Below, piece by piece: positions 13,727-26,832 of a stretch of DNA of 64,000 nt. The stretch spans positions 24,552,001 to 24,616,000 of the forward strand of contig OX597836.1 in the NCBI GenBank assembly GCA_951406725.2, written 5' to 3'. The number at the start of each line of letters is the position of its first letter. Position 1 is the stretch's first letter. The notes under the pieces are model-generated. The model was not told where the DNA came from, did no database searches, and saw only the letters and a list, made by a program, of their open reading frames with translations. The stretch is from Octopus vulgaris (taxonomy: Eukaryota). The position numbers were made by a program, and so were the translations under genes.

Positions 13727-13966
13727 GGTGATATAAAGTTGGAATTTGTATTACAAATCTACAGTTGTGGCACATTTACAGCTACACATACTGAAACATT
13801 AAGTACCCTAGCCATGAACACAGTCTAATGCCCTCAGGAACTTGACCAATAGCCTGTCCAGTGGAAAATTCACATTATTCAATGGCTTGGAAAGATTTTG
13901 TTCCACTGAAACTAATAAAAATTAATGTCGTTAGCAACCATTCTTGAGTGTAAAACAAGTACAAAC

Positions 13967-14107
13967 CTTTCTCCAAAGAATCTTTCCATAGGACTGAAAT
14001 TCTTGTGGATTATAGGAGATCGTAGTTCTGTCATGGGACTTCTCACTTCAGGTTTCCTACCCCAAAGTCGCAAAGATCCATCTTCTGAGCAAGTGGCAAG
14101 ATAAAGT
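13967..14107 (-). CDS. WDR41: WDR41 exon LYLATCSEDGSLRLWGRKPEVRSP...MERFFGE(S)
   Basis: CSEDGS.R.W motif of WDR41; gtag acceptor, gtttgt donor in the phase required by the next exon. Confidence 0.9.
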
Positions 14108-14571
14108 CTACAGATATTCAAAACAAATTAGGGTAAACAGTCAAAAAAATACACACACACATGTATATGCACACAGACACACAAGTTAGAAAGAAAAAAT
14201 GTACTCAGTGTCATAATAGGGTATAAAAGTTTATTTAGGTTGATCCAGGGGCCTGTGGCTCTGGATTCCTTGACAAGTTGCCACATCCGCAAACAGGAAT
14301 AGACTGTACACACAAACATGTATAATAGAAGGTTGTAGCTAGTGGATCTGTTGAGTTGTGGAGAAAATGTTTTGCATTAATTATGTTTTATATAATTTAA
14401 ATTCTAATCTTGTCAGCTTCAACTTTGACCTTTGTCCTTCCACTCCCCAAGTTTAATTCTTGGAACCCTCTCTGAAAATTTGTCATCCCTTTATGCCCAT
14501 CTTAGAAACTGTTATTTTATTAGTACTCATGTGTTAGAGAAGAATATATCTTTAGATTTACTTGGGACACA

Positions 14572-16906
14572 ACATCATCATCATCATCATCATTTAGCGT
14601 CCGTTTTCCATGCTAGCATGGGTTGGATGGTTCAACTGGGGTCTGTGAAGCCAGAAGGCTGCATCAGGCCCAGTCTGATCTGGCAGTGTTTCTACGGCTG
14701 GATGCCCTTCCTAACGCCAACCACTCCGCGAGGGTAGTGGGTGCTTTTTATGTGCCACCCGTACAGGTGCCAGACGGAGCTGGCAAACGGCCACGAATGG
14801 ATGGTGCTTTTACGTGCCACCGGCACGGGGGCCAGGCGAGGCTGGCAATGGACACGAACGGATGGTGCTTTTACATGCCACCGGCACGGAGGCCAGTTGG
14901 GCCAGCGCTGGCAACGGCCATGAACGGATGGTGCTTTTTACGTGCCACCGGCACAGGGGCCAGTCAAGGCTGGCAACGGCCACGAACGGATGGTGCTTTT
15001 ACGTGCCACCGGCACGGAGGCCAGTCAGGGTGGCGCTGGCAACGGCCACAATCGGATGGTTCGCTTACTTGTCACCGGCACTGGTATCACAGCCGCAATT
15101 TCCATTGATGTTGATCAACTTCGATTTTGGTTCTGCTTTCTGATATCTGATTGATTTTGATTTTCACTTGCCTCAATGGGTCTTCATAAGTGGAGTTTTG
15201 TGTCCCAAGAAGGAAAGGTATGTATAAGTCGACTGGCTACATACCAGGTAGAGGTCACGGGTTATGGTCTCACCAGTCTTGCTGGGTCTTCTCACGCACA
15301 GCATACTTCCATAGGTCTCGGTCTCTAGTCATTTCCTTGGTGAGACCTAAAGTTCGAAGGTCATGCTTCACCACCTCATCCCAAGTTTTCCTGGGTCTAC
15401 CTCTTCCACAGGTTCCCTCAACTGCTAGGGTGTGACACTTTTGCACACAACTATCTTCGGCCATTCTCGTCACATGACCATACCAGCGCAAACGTCTCTC
15501 TTGCACACCACAACTGATGCTTCTTAGGTCCAACTTTTCTCTCAAGGTACTTACACTCTGTCGATTATGAACACTGACATTACACATCCATCGGAGCATA
15601 CTGGCTTCATTTCTTGCGAGCTTACGCATATCCTCAGCCGTCACGGCCCATGTTTCACTACCATGTAGCATGGCTGTACGTACACATGCATCATACAGTC
15701 TGCCTTTTACTCTGAGCGAGAGGCCTTTTGTCACCAGCAGGGGTAAGAGCTCTCTAAACTTTGCCCAGGCTATTCTTACTCTAGCAGTTACACTTTCAGC
15801 ACACCCACCCCCGCTACTGACTTGGTCACCTAGGTAGCGGAAGCTATCAACTACTTCTAGTTTGTCTCCCTGGAACATGGTAGAAGTTGGTCTCTGCACA
15901 TTTCCAGTGTTTATTGCTCCTGAGCATCTGCCACAGACAAAAACTATTTTCCTAGTTAGCCTTCCTTTGACATTGCTGCACCTCTTATGTGTCCATAGCT
16001 TACGCTTGGTGCACCTTATAGAGTTTCTACCTACACCTTTTTTACAGATCGAGCAGGGCCATCTACCTGAAGTCGTTTGTGATTGGTCTACCTTCCTACT
16101 TATTAGGACTTTGGTTTTGGCTAGGTTGATTCTAAGGCCCTTCGATTCTAATCCTTGTTTCCACACCTGAAACTTCTCCTCCAGTTCTGATAGTGACTCA
16201 GCAATTAGAGCAAGGTCATCAGCATAGAGGAGCTCCCAGGGGCATCCTGTCTTGAATTCCTCCGTTATTGCCTGGAGGACTATGATAAATAGGAGGGGAC
16301 TGAGGACTGAACCTTGGTGGACCCCAACCTCTACCCGGAATTCTTCACTGTACTCGTTGCCAACCCTCACCTTACTAGCAGCGTCTCTGTACATGGCTTG
16401 CACAGCTCTCACTAACCATTCATCTATCCCTAGTTTCCTCATTAACCACCAGATAAGGGATCAGGGGTCCCTGTCAAAGGCTTTCTCCATGTCAACAAAA
16501 GCCAGGTACAGGGGCTTATCTTTGGCTAGGTATTTCTCCTGCAGCTGTCTTACCAGGAATATAGCATCAGCAGTACTTTTCCCTGGCACGAACCCAAACT
16601 GCATCTCATCTAAGCTAACTCTCTCTCTAATTAATTGGGCTATAACCCTCTCCATAACCTTCATTACCTGATCCAGCAGCTTGATACTCCTGTAGTTATT
16701 TGTATCTAGGGCATCACCTTTACCTTTGTAGCAGTTGACTATTATGCTGCTACACCAGTCATTGGGTATGACTCCTTCGTGTATCACCTGGTTAACTATA
16801 TGGGTGACTAGGCTATAGCCGACACTACCAGATATTTTGAGCATCTCTGCAGTAATTCCTGATGGGCCTGGGGCTTTCCCTGTTTTCATGCTTGTAATTG
16901 CCTTAC
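14572..16906 (-). mobile_element. 5'-truncated RTE-clade LINE: RT (KAPGPSG, QFGF, AFD, QGSVLSP, YADD), C-terminal GRGRPRKTW, long 3'UTR with tandem ~62-66-bp units, (GAT)n tail
   Basis: ORFs 16461-16940 and 15270-16442 are in the same frame, separated by one TGA (likely CGA>TGA); lies in a WDR41 intron. Confidence 0.95.
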
Positions 16907-17088
16907 TTAAGGAAATTTCAGTGATTAAATGAAATACCATTTTTAAAAAAATGCAAAACTAGAATATAAATAAGACATTACAAATGAAAAGTATTGACTA
17001 TCTTAACGAAGCATATTCTCAGACAAAACAATTAATTAATCTAAGAAACTAGTACAAAATGAAAGTTAATCAATACGTCAATACTCAC

Positions 17089-17213
17089 CCGTTACAAACT
17101 AAATCCATGTGTAATATTTTAGAATAATGGGCCACAGTCTTCTTTACTACAAAGCGTCGAGTCTCCACATCATATATACAAAATCCTGCTCCAATAGCAG
17201 CAAATATATAACG
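17089..17213 (-). CDS. WDR41: WDR41 exon RYIFAAIGAGFCIYDVETRRFVVKKTVAHYSKILHMDLVCN(G)
   Basis: Matches WDR41 VFAAVGRG...AHDSNVLH; tttcag/gtgag sites. Confidence 0.93.
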
Positions 17214-17710
17214 CTGAAAGTCAAAATAAATTATTTAACATGAAAATATAGAAAGGATTCAAGGAATAATTCATGTGATTTTATTGGCTTTTATTTTATC
17301 AGGCCCAGGAGGATGAAAGATAAAGGTGACCAGTTCTAAGAAACTTACTTTGTGTGTGTATGTAGTGATTCTGTCTATCTATCTATTTATATACACACAC
17401 GCATATATGCAAGGGTATCACAAAAGGCCTGGTTGGAAGCCCAACCTTCTGAGTTCTTTTACAGGGCTTAGAAAAATTAAAGGACCACTGCAATGAGTGT
17501 GTGAATCTGAGAGGGGAATATGTTGGGTAAAATCATCATTAACTGGTCATCCTGTATTTTTCTTTTACCCAAAGACTGGAACTTTTCAGCAACCCCTCAT
17601 ATGGACAAGAATGCAAAAAAAGGACAACAAAACATCCAGATAGACAATACAAAGAAAATAAGAATGGGTCATTCGGAGTTTTCTTTCCTCAGTCAAGTTC
17701 AAGATTATCA

Positions 17711-17860
17711 GAGTGGTTTGCGTTAGGAAGGGCATTCAGCCGTAGAAACATTGCCAGATCAGACTGGGCCTGGTGCAGCCTTCTGGCTTCCCAGACTCCA
17801 GTTGAACCGTCCAACCCATGCTAACATGGAAAGTGGATGCTAAATGATGATGATGATGAT
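17711..17860 (+). mobile_element. Short 3' end of the RTE LINE
   Basis: GGAAGGGCAT..CCGTAGAAAC...(GAT)n. Confidence 0.85.
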
Positions 17861-18167
17861 ATACTCGAGATTGCTCCAATCTGGCCAGCCCCAAGGAAAA
17901 ATTAAGCTGTATACAAGGCATCATAAGGAAGAATAGAGAATTATTCATTTTCAAAATTTATTTATTGAAGCATTATTCTCATCAAATTCTCATCTTCATA
18001 ATGCTTTAATGAAAAAATCTTGAAGATGTCTAATTCTCCATTATGATGTCTTGATTCTACACTCTGTCTGTTGTGTGAAATCCAATGGAGTGAACTCAGG
18101 ATTTAACTAGCAAGTTTTCAACTATTCAATGTGGTTGGCCAGATCTGGATTATATATATATATATAT

Positions 18168-18405
18168 CATCGTTTAGCGTCCGCTTTCCATGCTAGCATG
18201 GGTTGGACGGTTCAACTGGGGTCTGGGAAGCCAGAAGGCTGCACCAGGCCCAGTCTGATCTGGCAATGTTTCTACGGCTGGATGCCCTTCCTAACACCAA
18301 CCACTCCGTAAGTGTAGTGGGTTCTTTTTACGTGCTACCGGCACAGATGCCAGACGAGGCTGGCAAACGGCCACGATCGGATGGTGCTTTTTACGTGCCA
18401 CTGGC
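18168..18405 (-). mobile_element. 3'UTR fragment of the RTE LINE
   Basis: Similarity to 14572-14820. Confidence 0.88.
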
Positions 18406-19776
18406 AATATATATATATATAATGCACTGTAATGTATATCAGTTGTCTAATGTTATACAAGAATGTGTAGACCTAGATGTTCTTATTAACTGTTATAATC
18501 CCAGAATTGTTTTAAACTTCAGCTAGATATATATATTCTCCTATAGAATTTATATGCTCTACAGTGTGTTATGAAATTTTGCTGTAATTGTATTTCAGAA
18601 CATGATCTAAGAGCAAAAGCCAGTGCAGCACCTTTCCCACTTCTTTGTTGTGTTCAAAATATCGACGAGTAACATAATGACAGCAATTTAATTTGTCGAA
18701 GCCCATCGTTTATGAAAGGTTTGTATATCTTATTTCCATGACAGAAATCAATTGTAGACCTCAGAATAAATAACATTTACTGACTTCAATTAACAGATTA
18801 CATCATTCAAAATTTACGACATATGACTGCATGATATTCCATAGTGTGATATGATATACCACAGTATGGTATACGTCAGCATGATTTTGTTATACTGCAA
18901 TATTATGCACTACAGCAGCAAGGCAGCGAGCTGGCAGAATTGTTAGCACCAGAAGAAAATGCTTAGTGGGATTTCCACTGATTTTGCATTCTGAGTTCAA
19001 ATGCCACTGGAGTTGGCTTTCTTTTGGTGGGTGGTTAAAATAAGTACTAGTCCATCATTGCTCCCTCCCCCACAAAATTGCTGACCCTGAGCCAAAATCT
19101 GAAACCAATATTATTCACTACAGTGTGATAAACTACAGGCTATCAGATGTTGTTACACATCACTGGTCACAAAGTGCTTTGCATTGTTTTAGCCATCAAA
19201 TGGCACCCCCCAGCTGGCTAGGTGAGCAAGCCAACATTCCCACTTCATCGAAAGGGGACTGGAGCAAGGTCAAATTAAGTGTTTTGCTCAAGAATACAAC
19301 ATGCCACCTGGTCTGAGAATCGAACCCACGATCTAGTGATTGTAAGTGCAACAGCCTAACCACAAGGCCACATGCCTTCACAAAATATGATACAGCACAG
19401 TATAATATACTAGTGTGTTTTTTTTTATTCTGCACTATAAAATAATAATAAAATAATGAAATTATTGTATACAGTGCTCAGGTGCACCACAACTTGTCAG
19501 AAAGTGCATATAAAGTACATGCAGTAATGTACAAATGTCTGGAAAGCGAACAATGTATGAGTCAGATACATGCTTGTGTGTGTATGGAGGGGAGAAAATC
19601 AGGTGTAGTGTTGGCAATCTCAGAAAGCATGGAAGTTTTGAAGGATGCATGATATGCTACATTATAATAAACTACAATGTGATATACCACAGTATTACAG
19701 AATGACACAGTTACAACATAAGTTATAGTATAACAGCCAACCAAATGAGAATGAGCCATGAAAATGTCATACGTAC

Positions 19777-19928
19777 GTTTTCTGCACAAAATACATGTTG
19801 AACACTGTAGGGAAATAATTTACTGTTGCCTTTATAATCTGGGATAGAATTGATGCTGTGAGTAGGTTTTAGTTTTGCCGACCAAACAATGATCATTCCA
19901 TCAATGGAACCACTACAGAACATTTTAT
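19777..19928 (-). CDS. WDR41: WDR41 exon (D)KMFCSGSIDGMIIVWSAKLKP...YSVQHVFCAEN
   Basis: WD40 SGS.DG.I.VW motif; ttttcag/gtacgt sites. Confidence 0.9.
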
Positions 19929-20918
19929 CTGAAAATTGAAAAGGAAACGCCATGTCTGGATTTGAAAGATCTGCTATAAGAAATGGTTTATATATTATTG
20001 ATATTATTATAATTATTATCATTATTATTATTATCGCTGTCATCATCACCACCAAAACTTCCTCCACCACCATCATCATCACCATATCCACCACCAAAAC
20101 CACATACATATGCATGTATATGTGTGTGTGTATGTATGTGTCCATTTTGTCGGTGCTTGTGTTTATTATGTGTGAATTTACATCCCATAACTTAGCAGTT
20201 CAATAAATAGAGTTCAATAAAATATGTACCAGACAGAAATAAGTACTGGGGTTGATATCAACTAAAGCCTTTGAAAGTGGTGCCCCAGCATGGCCACAGT
20301 GACTGAAACCAGAGAAAGTTTTACTAATTAATTTGTCTTATTTTACATCCATTTGTCAGTGACTGTGACGGCTATTGATGTGTCAGCCCTGATCATTCAG
20401 ACATTCCATCCATGACGTTCCCATAATTTTCCACATAACTTAATGTATCTTAGGACAACATGACCCAATGTATTCTTTATTTCTTTTTTAATTAAGATGG
20501 TATGATGTGATTTAAATAAGATTTGATTGCTCTTTCTACCAGGTTGAATGACCACATAGAAGCACCATTCACTGGTTCATGATTGAAATGGTTTATTTGT
20601 TAGAGCACTCTTTTAAGAAAGCCATTTTCTAACTGGTTACGCTTCTAAAACAAACCACTCACCTATGAAGTGGGAGTGGGCTGTGGTGTTTTTGTCACAG
20701 TTATGGTTTCCGTGGCCAGATTTCTCATTAAGAGATTATCAAATTGGAGAATTAGTCACTGCACAAGAAACAAACTACTGCTTGTTCAGTTTAACACAGA
20801 AAACTGGTACTGAGGGAGAGATTTTGCAGTTGTATTCTCTTCCTGTCATCAAACCTCACCTGTTTTTCCAGAGAAGGGATTTCTTCTTATATTCCACAAA
20901 AGGCTATGGGTAAGCCAC

Positions 20919-21368
20919 ATCATCATCATCATCATCATTTAGCGTCCGCTTTCCATGCTAGCATGGTTTGGACGGTTCAACTGGGGTCTGGAAAGTCAGG
21001 CTGCACCAGGCCCAGTCTGATCTGGCAATATTTCTACAGCTGGATGCCCTTCCTAACGCCAACCACTCCGTGAGTGTAGTGGGTGCTTTTTACGTGCCAG
21101 ACGGGGCTGGCAAACGGCCACGGTTGGATGGTGCTTTTTACGTGCCACCGGCACAGGGGCCAGGCAAGGCTGGCAACGGCCACAATCGGATGGTGCTTTT
21201 TACGTGCCGCCGGCACGGAGGCCAGTCAGGGCGGTGCTGGCAATGGCCACGATCGGATGGTTCGCTTACGTGTCACCGGCACTGGTATCACAGCTGCAAT
21301 TTCCATTGATGTTGATCGACTTCGATTTTGGTTCTGATTTCCACTTGCCTCAACAGGTCTTCACAAGT
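20919..21368 (-). mobile_element. 3'UTR-only copy of the RTE LINE
   Basis: Similarity to 14572-15190. Confidence 0.9.
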
Positions 21369-21679
21369 GACTCTAACATAACCAAATAGCTACTGTGTGC
21401 TTGTTATCGGGAGGCATGAAAACAGTGGACAGTTGCCATGAGTCTGGGGATACAATACCAATCAATGGGCTCTGTAGTTTGTTATTCATTGCTATCCATG
21501 CTAGCATGGAAAGCGGACGTTAAACGATGATGATGATGATGATGATGCTTTACTCAGAGGCTTACAATGTTAAGATGACTTTGATGTGCAAGAGGAAAAT
21601 GATGTGATGTCAACACAATAATAATCACATTGCTACTGTATTTATGGAGGGAAAAACAAAACCCAACCAGCATAGTTAC

Positions 21680-21784
21680 CTGAGATTGTCACGAGGGACT
21701 GAATTGGTTCACGGTGTGGTCCTAAGTTTCGTTCAAAGGAGATTTCTGCTGAAGATGTACCTTCGTATGTCACACTGTACACTT
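21680..21784 (-). CDS. WDR41: WDR41 exon (E)VYSVTYEGTSSAEISFERNLGPHREPIQSLVTIS
   Basis: ttgcag/gtaac sites; phase 1/1; open frame. Confidence 0.88.
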
Positions 21785-22003
21785 CTGCAAACAAGCAATT
21801 GAAAATGCATTTAAGATAATATTTTAATTCAGGTGGGGAATAGTATATAGAAAATTTAACAATATTTGTGAAGAATGCAGGTAAACGGTGATGTATATAC
21901 ACAAAATAAATATAGGAACTAGTCTATTAATTCATTACAATGAAGAAGTTGTATGTTTTGCAAAAATATTTAATTTGAAAATTAATTTATACATTTTACA
22001 AAT

Positions 22004-22167
22004 GGCGTAGGAGTGGCTGTGTGGTAAGTAGCTTGTTTACCAACCACATGGTTCTGGGTTCAGTCCCACTGCGTGGCACTTGGGCAAGTGTCTTCTACTA
22101 TAGCCTCGGGCCGACCAAAGCCTTGTGAGTGGATTTGGTAGACAGAAACTGAAAGAAGCCTGTCGTA

Positions 22168-22230
<63 letters not shown>

Positions 22231-22399
22231 CTGTGTTTGTCCCTCCAACATCGATTGACAACCGATGCTGGTGTGTTATGTCCCCCGTAACTTAGCGGTT
22301 CGGCAAAGAATAAGTCCTGGGGGCAATTTGCTCGACTAAAGGCAGTGCTCCAGCATGGCCAGAGTCAAATGACTGAAACAAGCAAAAGGGTAAAGAGTA
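22004..22399 (+). mobile_element. tRNA-derived SINE with internal (TA)n(TG)n tract
   Basis: A box TGGCTGTGTGG, B box GGTTCAGTCCC, CORE-like TTGGGCAAGT, GTAAAAGA-type tail. Confidence 0.85.
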
Positions 22400-23140
22400 A
22401 ATATAATTAGATTGAATATTGCTAAAGTTATATACATTTTCAGAATTGCTGAAGCATGGAATAACCTACTCCCTTCAGCTGTTAACAGTCGGGACACTCC
22501 ATCCTTCAAAACTTCCATTCACCAACACCACACCTAATGTTCTGCTTCTGTTTCTTGTTTTTCTTTTTCTTTTTTAATGACTTATTATTCACTGATTCAC
22601 TTTCCTGTATTTTTGTACATTATTCTATATACTATGCATGCACTTATGGCTAAATTTTCTGATGAGTTGTGGTGCACCTGAGCATTGTATACAACAGAAT
22701 TGTTAGCACACCGGGCAAAATGCTTAGCGGTATTTCGTCTGTCTTTACATTCTGAGTTCAAATTCTGCCGAGTTAAGCTTTCAGTGTTGATGAATTAAGT
22801 ATTTACAAGCATGCTTGTAAATACTACAAAATTAAGAATTATTTACAAGAATGCTTGTAAATACTACAAAATTAAGGACATTCATACAAGCAATGTCCTT
22901 ACTTTTCAATCTTCAGTGAAAATATGTCCAACTTTAGAAATATTACCTTGCTTGGAAACAGGTGAGTATTGGTGGCAGAAAGGGCTTCTGGCAGCAGAAA
23001 ATCTACCACAATAATAAATTCTGTCTCCTCCATGCAAACTTGGAAAAGTGGACATTAAAATAATGATGATAATGATGTAGATATTACTGGTTACAATAGA
23101 ACCAGGCTTTGTAGAACCAGTGAAACAATGAAAGACTTAC

Positions 23141-23206
23141 CAAGTTGTTTCTCAGATGCTGCTACAATACGGTTATTAGTGATGCTGAGTAAAGCTATTA
23201 CAGGAA
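23141..23206 (-). CDS. WDR41: WDR41 exon (V)PVIALLSITNNRIVAASEKQL
   Basis: gacag/gtaag sites; phase 1/1; similar to WDR41 ISALVEIPKNCVVAAVGKEL. Confidence 0.88.
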
Positions 23207-23799
23207 CTGTCAAAGAGAAAAAGAGACAAAAAATAAAAAATAATTAAAATTTCCACTTGTTTCATTTACTTTGAGTCTACACTATCATGGTATTGGCTGA
23301 GATGACTAACACCCCTCTTGCTCTCTTGTAATATCTTATTTTCTAAAGGCTGGCAGAAATTTAGGGATATATTTTGCTGTTGTTATGGAGACAAAATAGA
23401 GCAAATGGCCTCTATGTCCATTGCCAGAGCAGAACATAATGGTTACAGTCATATTTGAATTTTGGGCTATGTGGTCAGTAGTCCAACACCTTAATAACCA
23501 GTGGGTTGTGAGTCTCAAACCATCACAGTTGAATTCTCTACAACCTTAATTCTGCTGGGACTGATTACTGGCCACAATTGATGGCCATCAATGATGGTTA
23601 TCAGCTAAAGGTGTATTAAGTCTTTAGAAACAACTACTGAAACATGATGTCAGTAAGGGAGCCTGTACATGGTCACTCAATCTGTTAGAAAGAACAGCCA
23701 AACTTCCTTCAAATCATGCCTTACCGTCTTGAAAAAATAAGGAACATTATATATTAGATGATGTAGTTGTTGGTAATAACTGACCTTGGGAGATGTTAA

Positions 23800-24021
23800 C
23801 CCTTTTGAGACCAACCCGGCTGAAACCGGCTCTGGCTCTGTAGTACAAATGTCTTGTTTTCATAAGTTTTGAATTAAAATCTTCCACCAAATCTTAGTCA
23901 CAATTTATGTTCCTAACATTAGCTTAATGATAACTAAGTTATTTTACTAAATTCTTTGTTATATTTAAAATTGATTGAAAGAAACACAGAGCATCTCAAA
24001 ATAAATACAGTAACGAAAGGG
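23800..24021. mobile_element. piggyBac-type MITE
   Basis: TTAA-CCCTTT...AAAGGG-TTAA. Confidence 0.85.
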
Positions 24022-24082
24022 TTAAAAAACAACCTTCAACATACAAACCTCAAACGTGACCATCTCAATAACAGTTACATAC

Positions 24083-24194
24083 CTAAGTTGACACTGCGGT
24101 TGTATTTATGAAGAAGTTTGCCCTCTTTGTTCCACACACATATCTCCTGACCTCCAGAAGCAAACATTTCTCCATCGTTTAAAGGAATCAAGCA
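24083..24194 (-). CDS. WDR41: WDR41 exon CLIPLNDGEMFASGGQEICVWNKEGKLLHKYNRSVNL
   Basis: SGG..CVWN motif as in WDR41; tttcag/gtatg sites; 112 nt. Confidence 0.92.
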
Positions 24195-25043
24195 CTGAAA
24201 CAGCAGCAAATCAAAGATGGTTTCATTAAAAAACTACAATAACATTTCAACTGCATATAAATTGACTGCAATTATGTATTAAATAAATAGATATATAAGA
24301 TAAGTTAATTAATTAGTTTTATAAAGAATAGTATAATTGGTGTGTTTGTGTGTATGTTTCTCTCTCTTTCTTTCTCTTTCTACATACACACACACAGAGA
24401 AACATAGTTAGACTTGGCTATGTGGATAGAGAGTTCACTTTGTTCTCAAGGTACTATGGTTACAGGGTTAATGTAGAAACATCTCCTGTAACCCATGGAT
24501 TGACCAATGCGTTGTGAGTGGAATTAGTCAAAACTATACAGAAGTCTGTCACACACACACACACAAATATATATTTGTTTGTGTGTGTGTATGATTGTAC
24601 ATGTGTGTGTCTACATTAATATTGACATTGTGTGTCTCACATGAAAGCTTAAAACCAGTGATATTCATTGATATCCCCTGCCAAAACATGACCCTTTCGT
24701 ACTGCACTTTGGATGATGATGGGTATAAGGATCATTTATTTAGGAAACAGTTTTAAGGGATTAGTAAAATGGAAAGGCATCTGGCAATAAAACTGCCTAA
24801 ATAATATGTATTCAACCAAACCCAAACTAGCATGGGAAAATAGCCATAAAATGAATGAACACTATTTATGTGCGTGTGTGTGTGGAAGAGGATTCAATGC
24901 TATTTAATTGTGATTCTGTCTTGAGAAATTTCAGGTACATACATGATTATCTATTACTGCCATAATGAGTTTATTTTTCTGGATTGTTAATGCAAGAATT
25001 CCATATATTTTGGAAAAAAATTATAAATATTAAATATTCTTAA

Positions 25044-25472
25044 CCCGTTCGTTATCAACCCGGGCTGAAACAGGCTCTGGCTCTGAGTACAAATGTCTTG
25101 TTTCCATAAGTTTTGAATTAAAATCTTCCACCAAACCTTAGTCACAATTTATGTTCCTAACACTAGCTGAATGATAACCAAATTATTTTACTAAATTCTT
25201 TGTTATATTTAAAGTAATTGAAAGAAACACAGAGCATCTCAAAATAAATACAGTAATGAAAGGGTTAAGGAAATGTCAGTGATTAAATGAAATACCATTT
25301 TTTTAAAAATGTAAAACCAGAATATAAATAAGACATTACAAATGAAAAGTCACAATTTATGTTCCTAACACTAGCTGAATGATAACTAAGTTGTTTTACT
25401 AAATTCTTTGTTATATTTAAAGTAATTGAAAGAAATACAGAGCATCTCAAAATAAATACAGTAATGAAAGGG
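25044..25472. mobile_element. piggyBac-type MITE (25044-25264) plus 86-bp foreign spacer plus duplicated 3' half (25348-25472)
   Basis: Same sequence as 23800-24021; TTAA at all three termini. Confidence 0.85.
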
Positions 25473-25814
25473 TTAAATTAAAATGCTTTTATTGTGGTGT
25501 TATTGATGTTATCAATAATCGTATTAGGCTTACTTAAATCTATCTTGTTTTAAATTGACATCATTTCAAAGATTAAAATATTGTTAGTTTCAATATGGTT
25601 GAAACAGTATGAGATTTAATGAATAAAAAAGAATTAAGGTTTGATTACCCATGACTTTAAACTAAGATGATATCACTGTCAGTCATCTCTCTCTCTCTCT
25701 CTCTTTTAACAATTATTGAAATTTACAAACTTATCCTTCCAGTAATGTTAGTGTGGCAGTATTGATTTGAAATAATTAAATAATTAATTCAATGAGTAAT
25801 AAATAGAAACTAAC

Positions 25815-25877
25815 CCGAACAGAACCGGAATGATCTGTAGCAATATGTAGGCAAGATCCAGTGTCAATATCCCACAC
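25815..25877 (-). CDS. WDR41: WDR41 exon VWDIDTGSCLHIATDHSGSVR
   Basis: ttccag acceptor, gttagt donor, 63 nt phase 0/0. Confidence 0.92.
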
Positions 25878-26261
25878 CTGGAAATGTAACAATAATTTAA
25901 GATCAACTGATATGATATGGCTTCAAACAAACAAAAAAACAAAAGCAAGATGATTATGTGGAAGGCACAGGAGTGGCTATGTGGTAAGTAGCTTGCTCCC
26001 AACCACATGGTTCTGGGTTCAGTATTGCCTTTCATTATCAGAATTAATAATTAAACTTATGTTTATTTCTCCTCATGACTGATTTTGATTTTAATTAATT
26101 AAAATATCTTGAATCACAACATTATGAGTATTATAAGCAACAACTTTACTACATATTTTTCATGCAGAAGATGCCCTTGGGATCTGCTACTTCTACTCAA
26201 AGGTATGTATTGACCTTATTCTCTCTTATTTATTTATTTATCATTTTCATGAAAATGAAGA

Positions 26262-26832
26262 ACTTTGGAAGTATGCTGTGCGTGGGAAGACCCGGCAAGA
26301 CAAGTGAGACCATAACCCGTGGCCTCTACCTGGGACATAGCCAGCCCACTTATGCATACCTTTCCTTCTTGTGACACAAACCCTACTTGTGAAGACCTGC
26401 TGAGGCAAGTGAAAATCAAAATCGATCAACATCAATGGAATTGTAGCTGTGATACCAGTGCCGGTGGCATGTAAGAGAACCATCTGAATGTGGCTGTTGC
26501 CAGCGCCGCCCCAACTGGCCTCCGTGCCGGTGGCACGTAAAAAGCACCATCCGATTGTGGCCATTGCCAGCCTCATCTGGCCCATGTGCCGGTGGCGCGT
26601 AAAGAGCACCATCCAATCGTGGCCATTTGCCAGCCTCGTCTGGCACCTGTGCAGGTGGCACGTAAAAAGTACCCACTACACTCACGGAGTGGTTGGCGTT
26701 AGGAAGGGCATCCAGCTGTAGAAACACTGCCAGATCAGACTGGGCCTGGCGCAGCCTTCTGGCTTCCCAGACCCCAGTTGAACCGTCCAACCCATGCTAG
26801 CATGGAAAACGGACGTTAAACGATGATGATGA
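26262..26832 (+). mobile_element. RTE LINE 3' end including last ORF codons and 3'UTR
   Basis: Reverse complement of 14572-15315; more diverged copies at ~10940-11225, ~12380-12550, ~27230-27545. Confidence 0.9.

Noticed and set aside
14738-15085. CRISPR-like periodicity
   Set aside because: Linkers are homologous to each other, context is a eukaryotic LINE, no cas genes
15862-16671. Plus-strand ORFs overlapping the RT
   Set aside because: Antisense shadows of the RTE ORF
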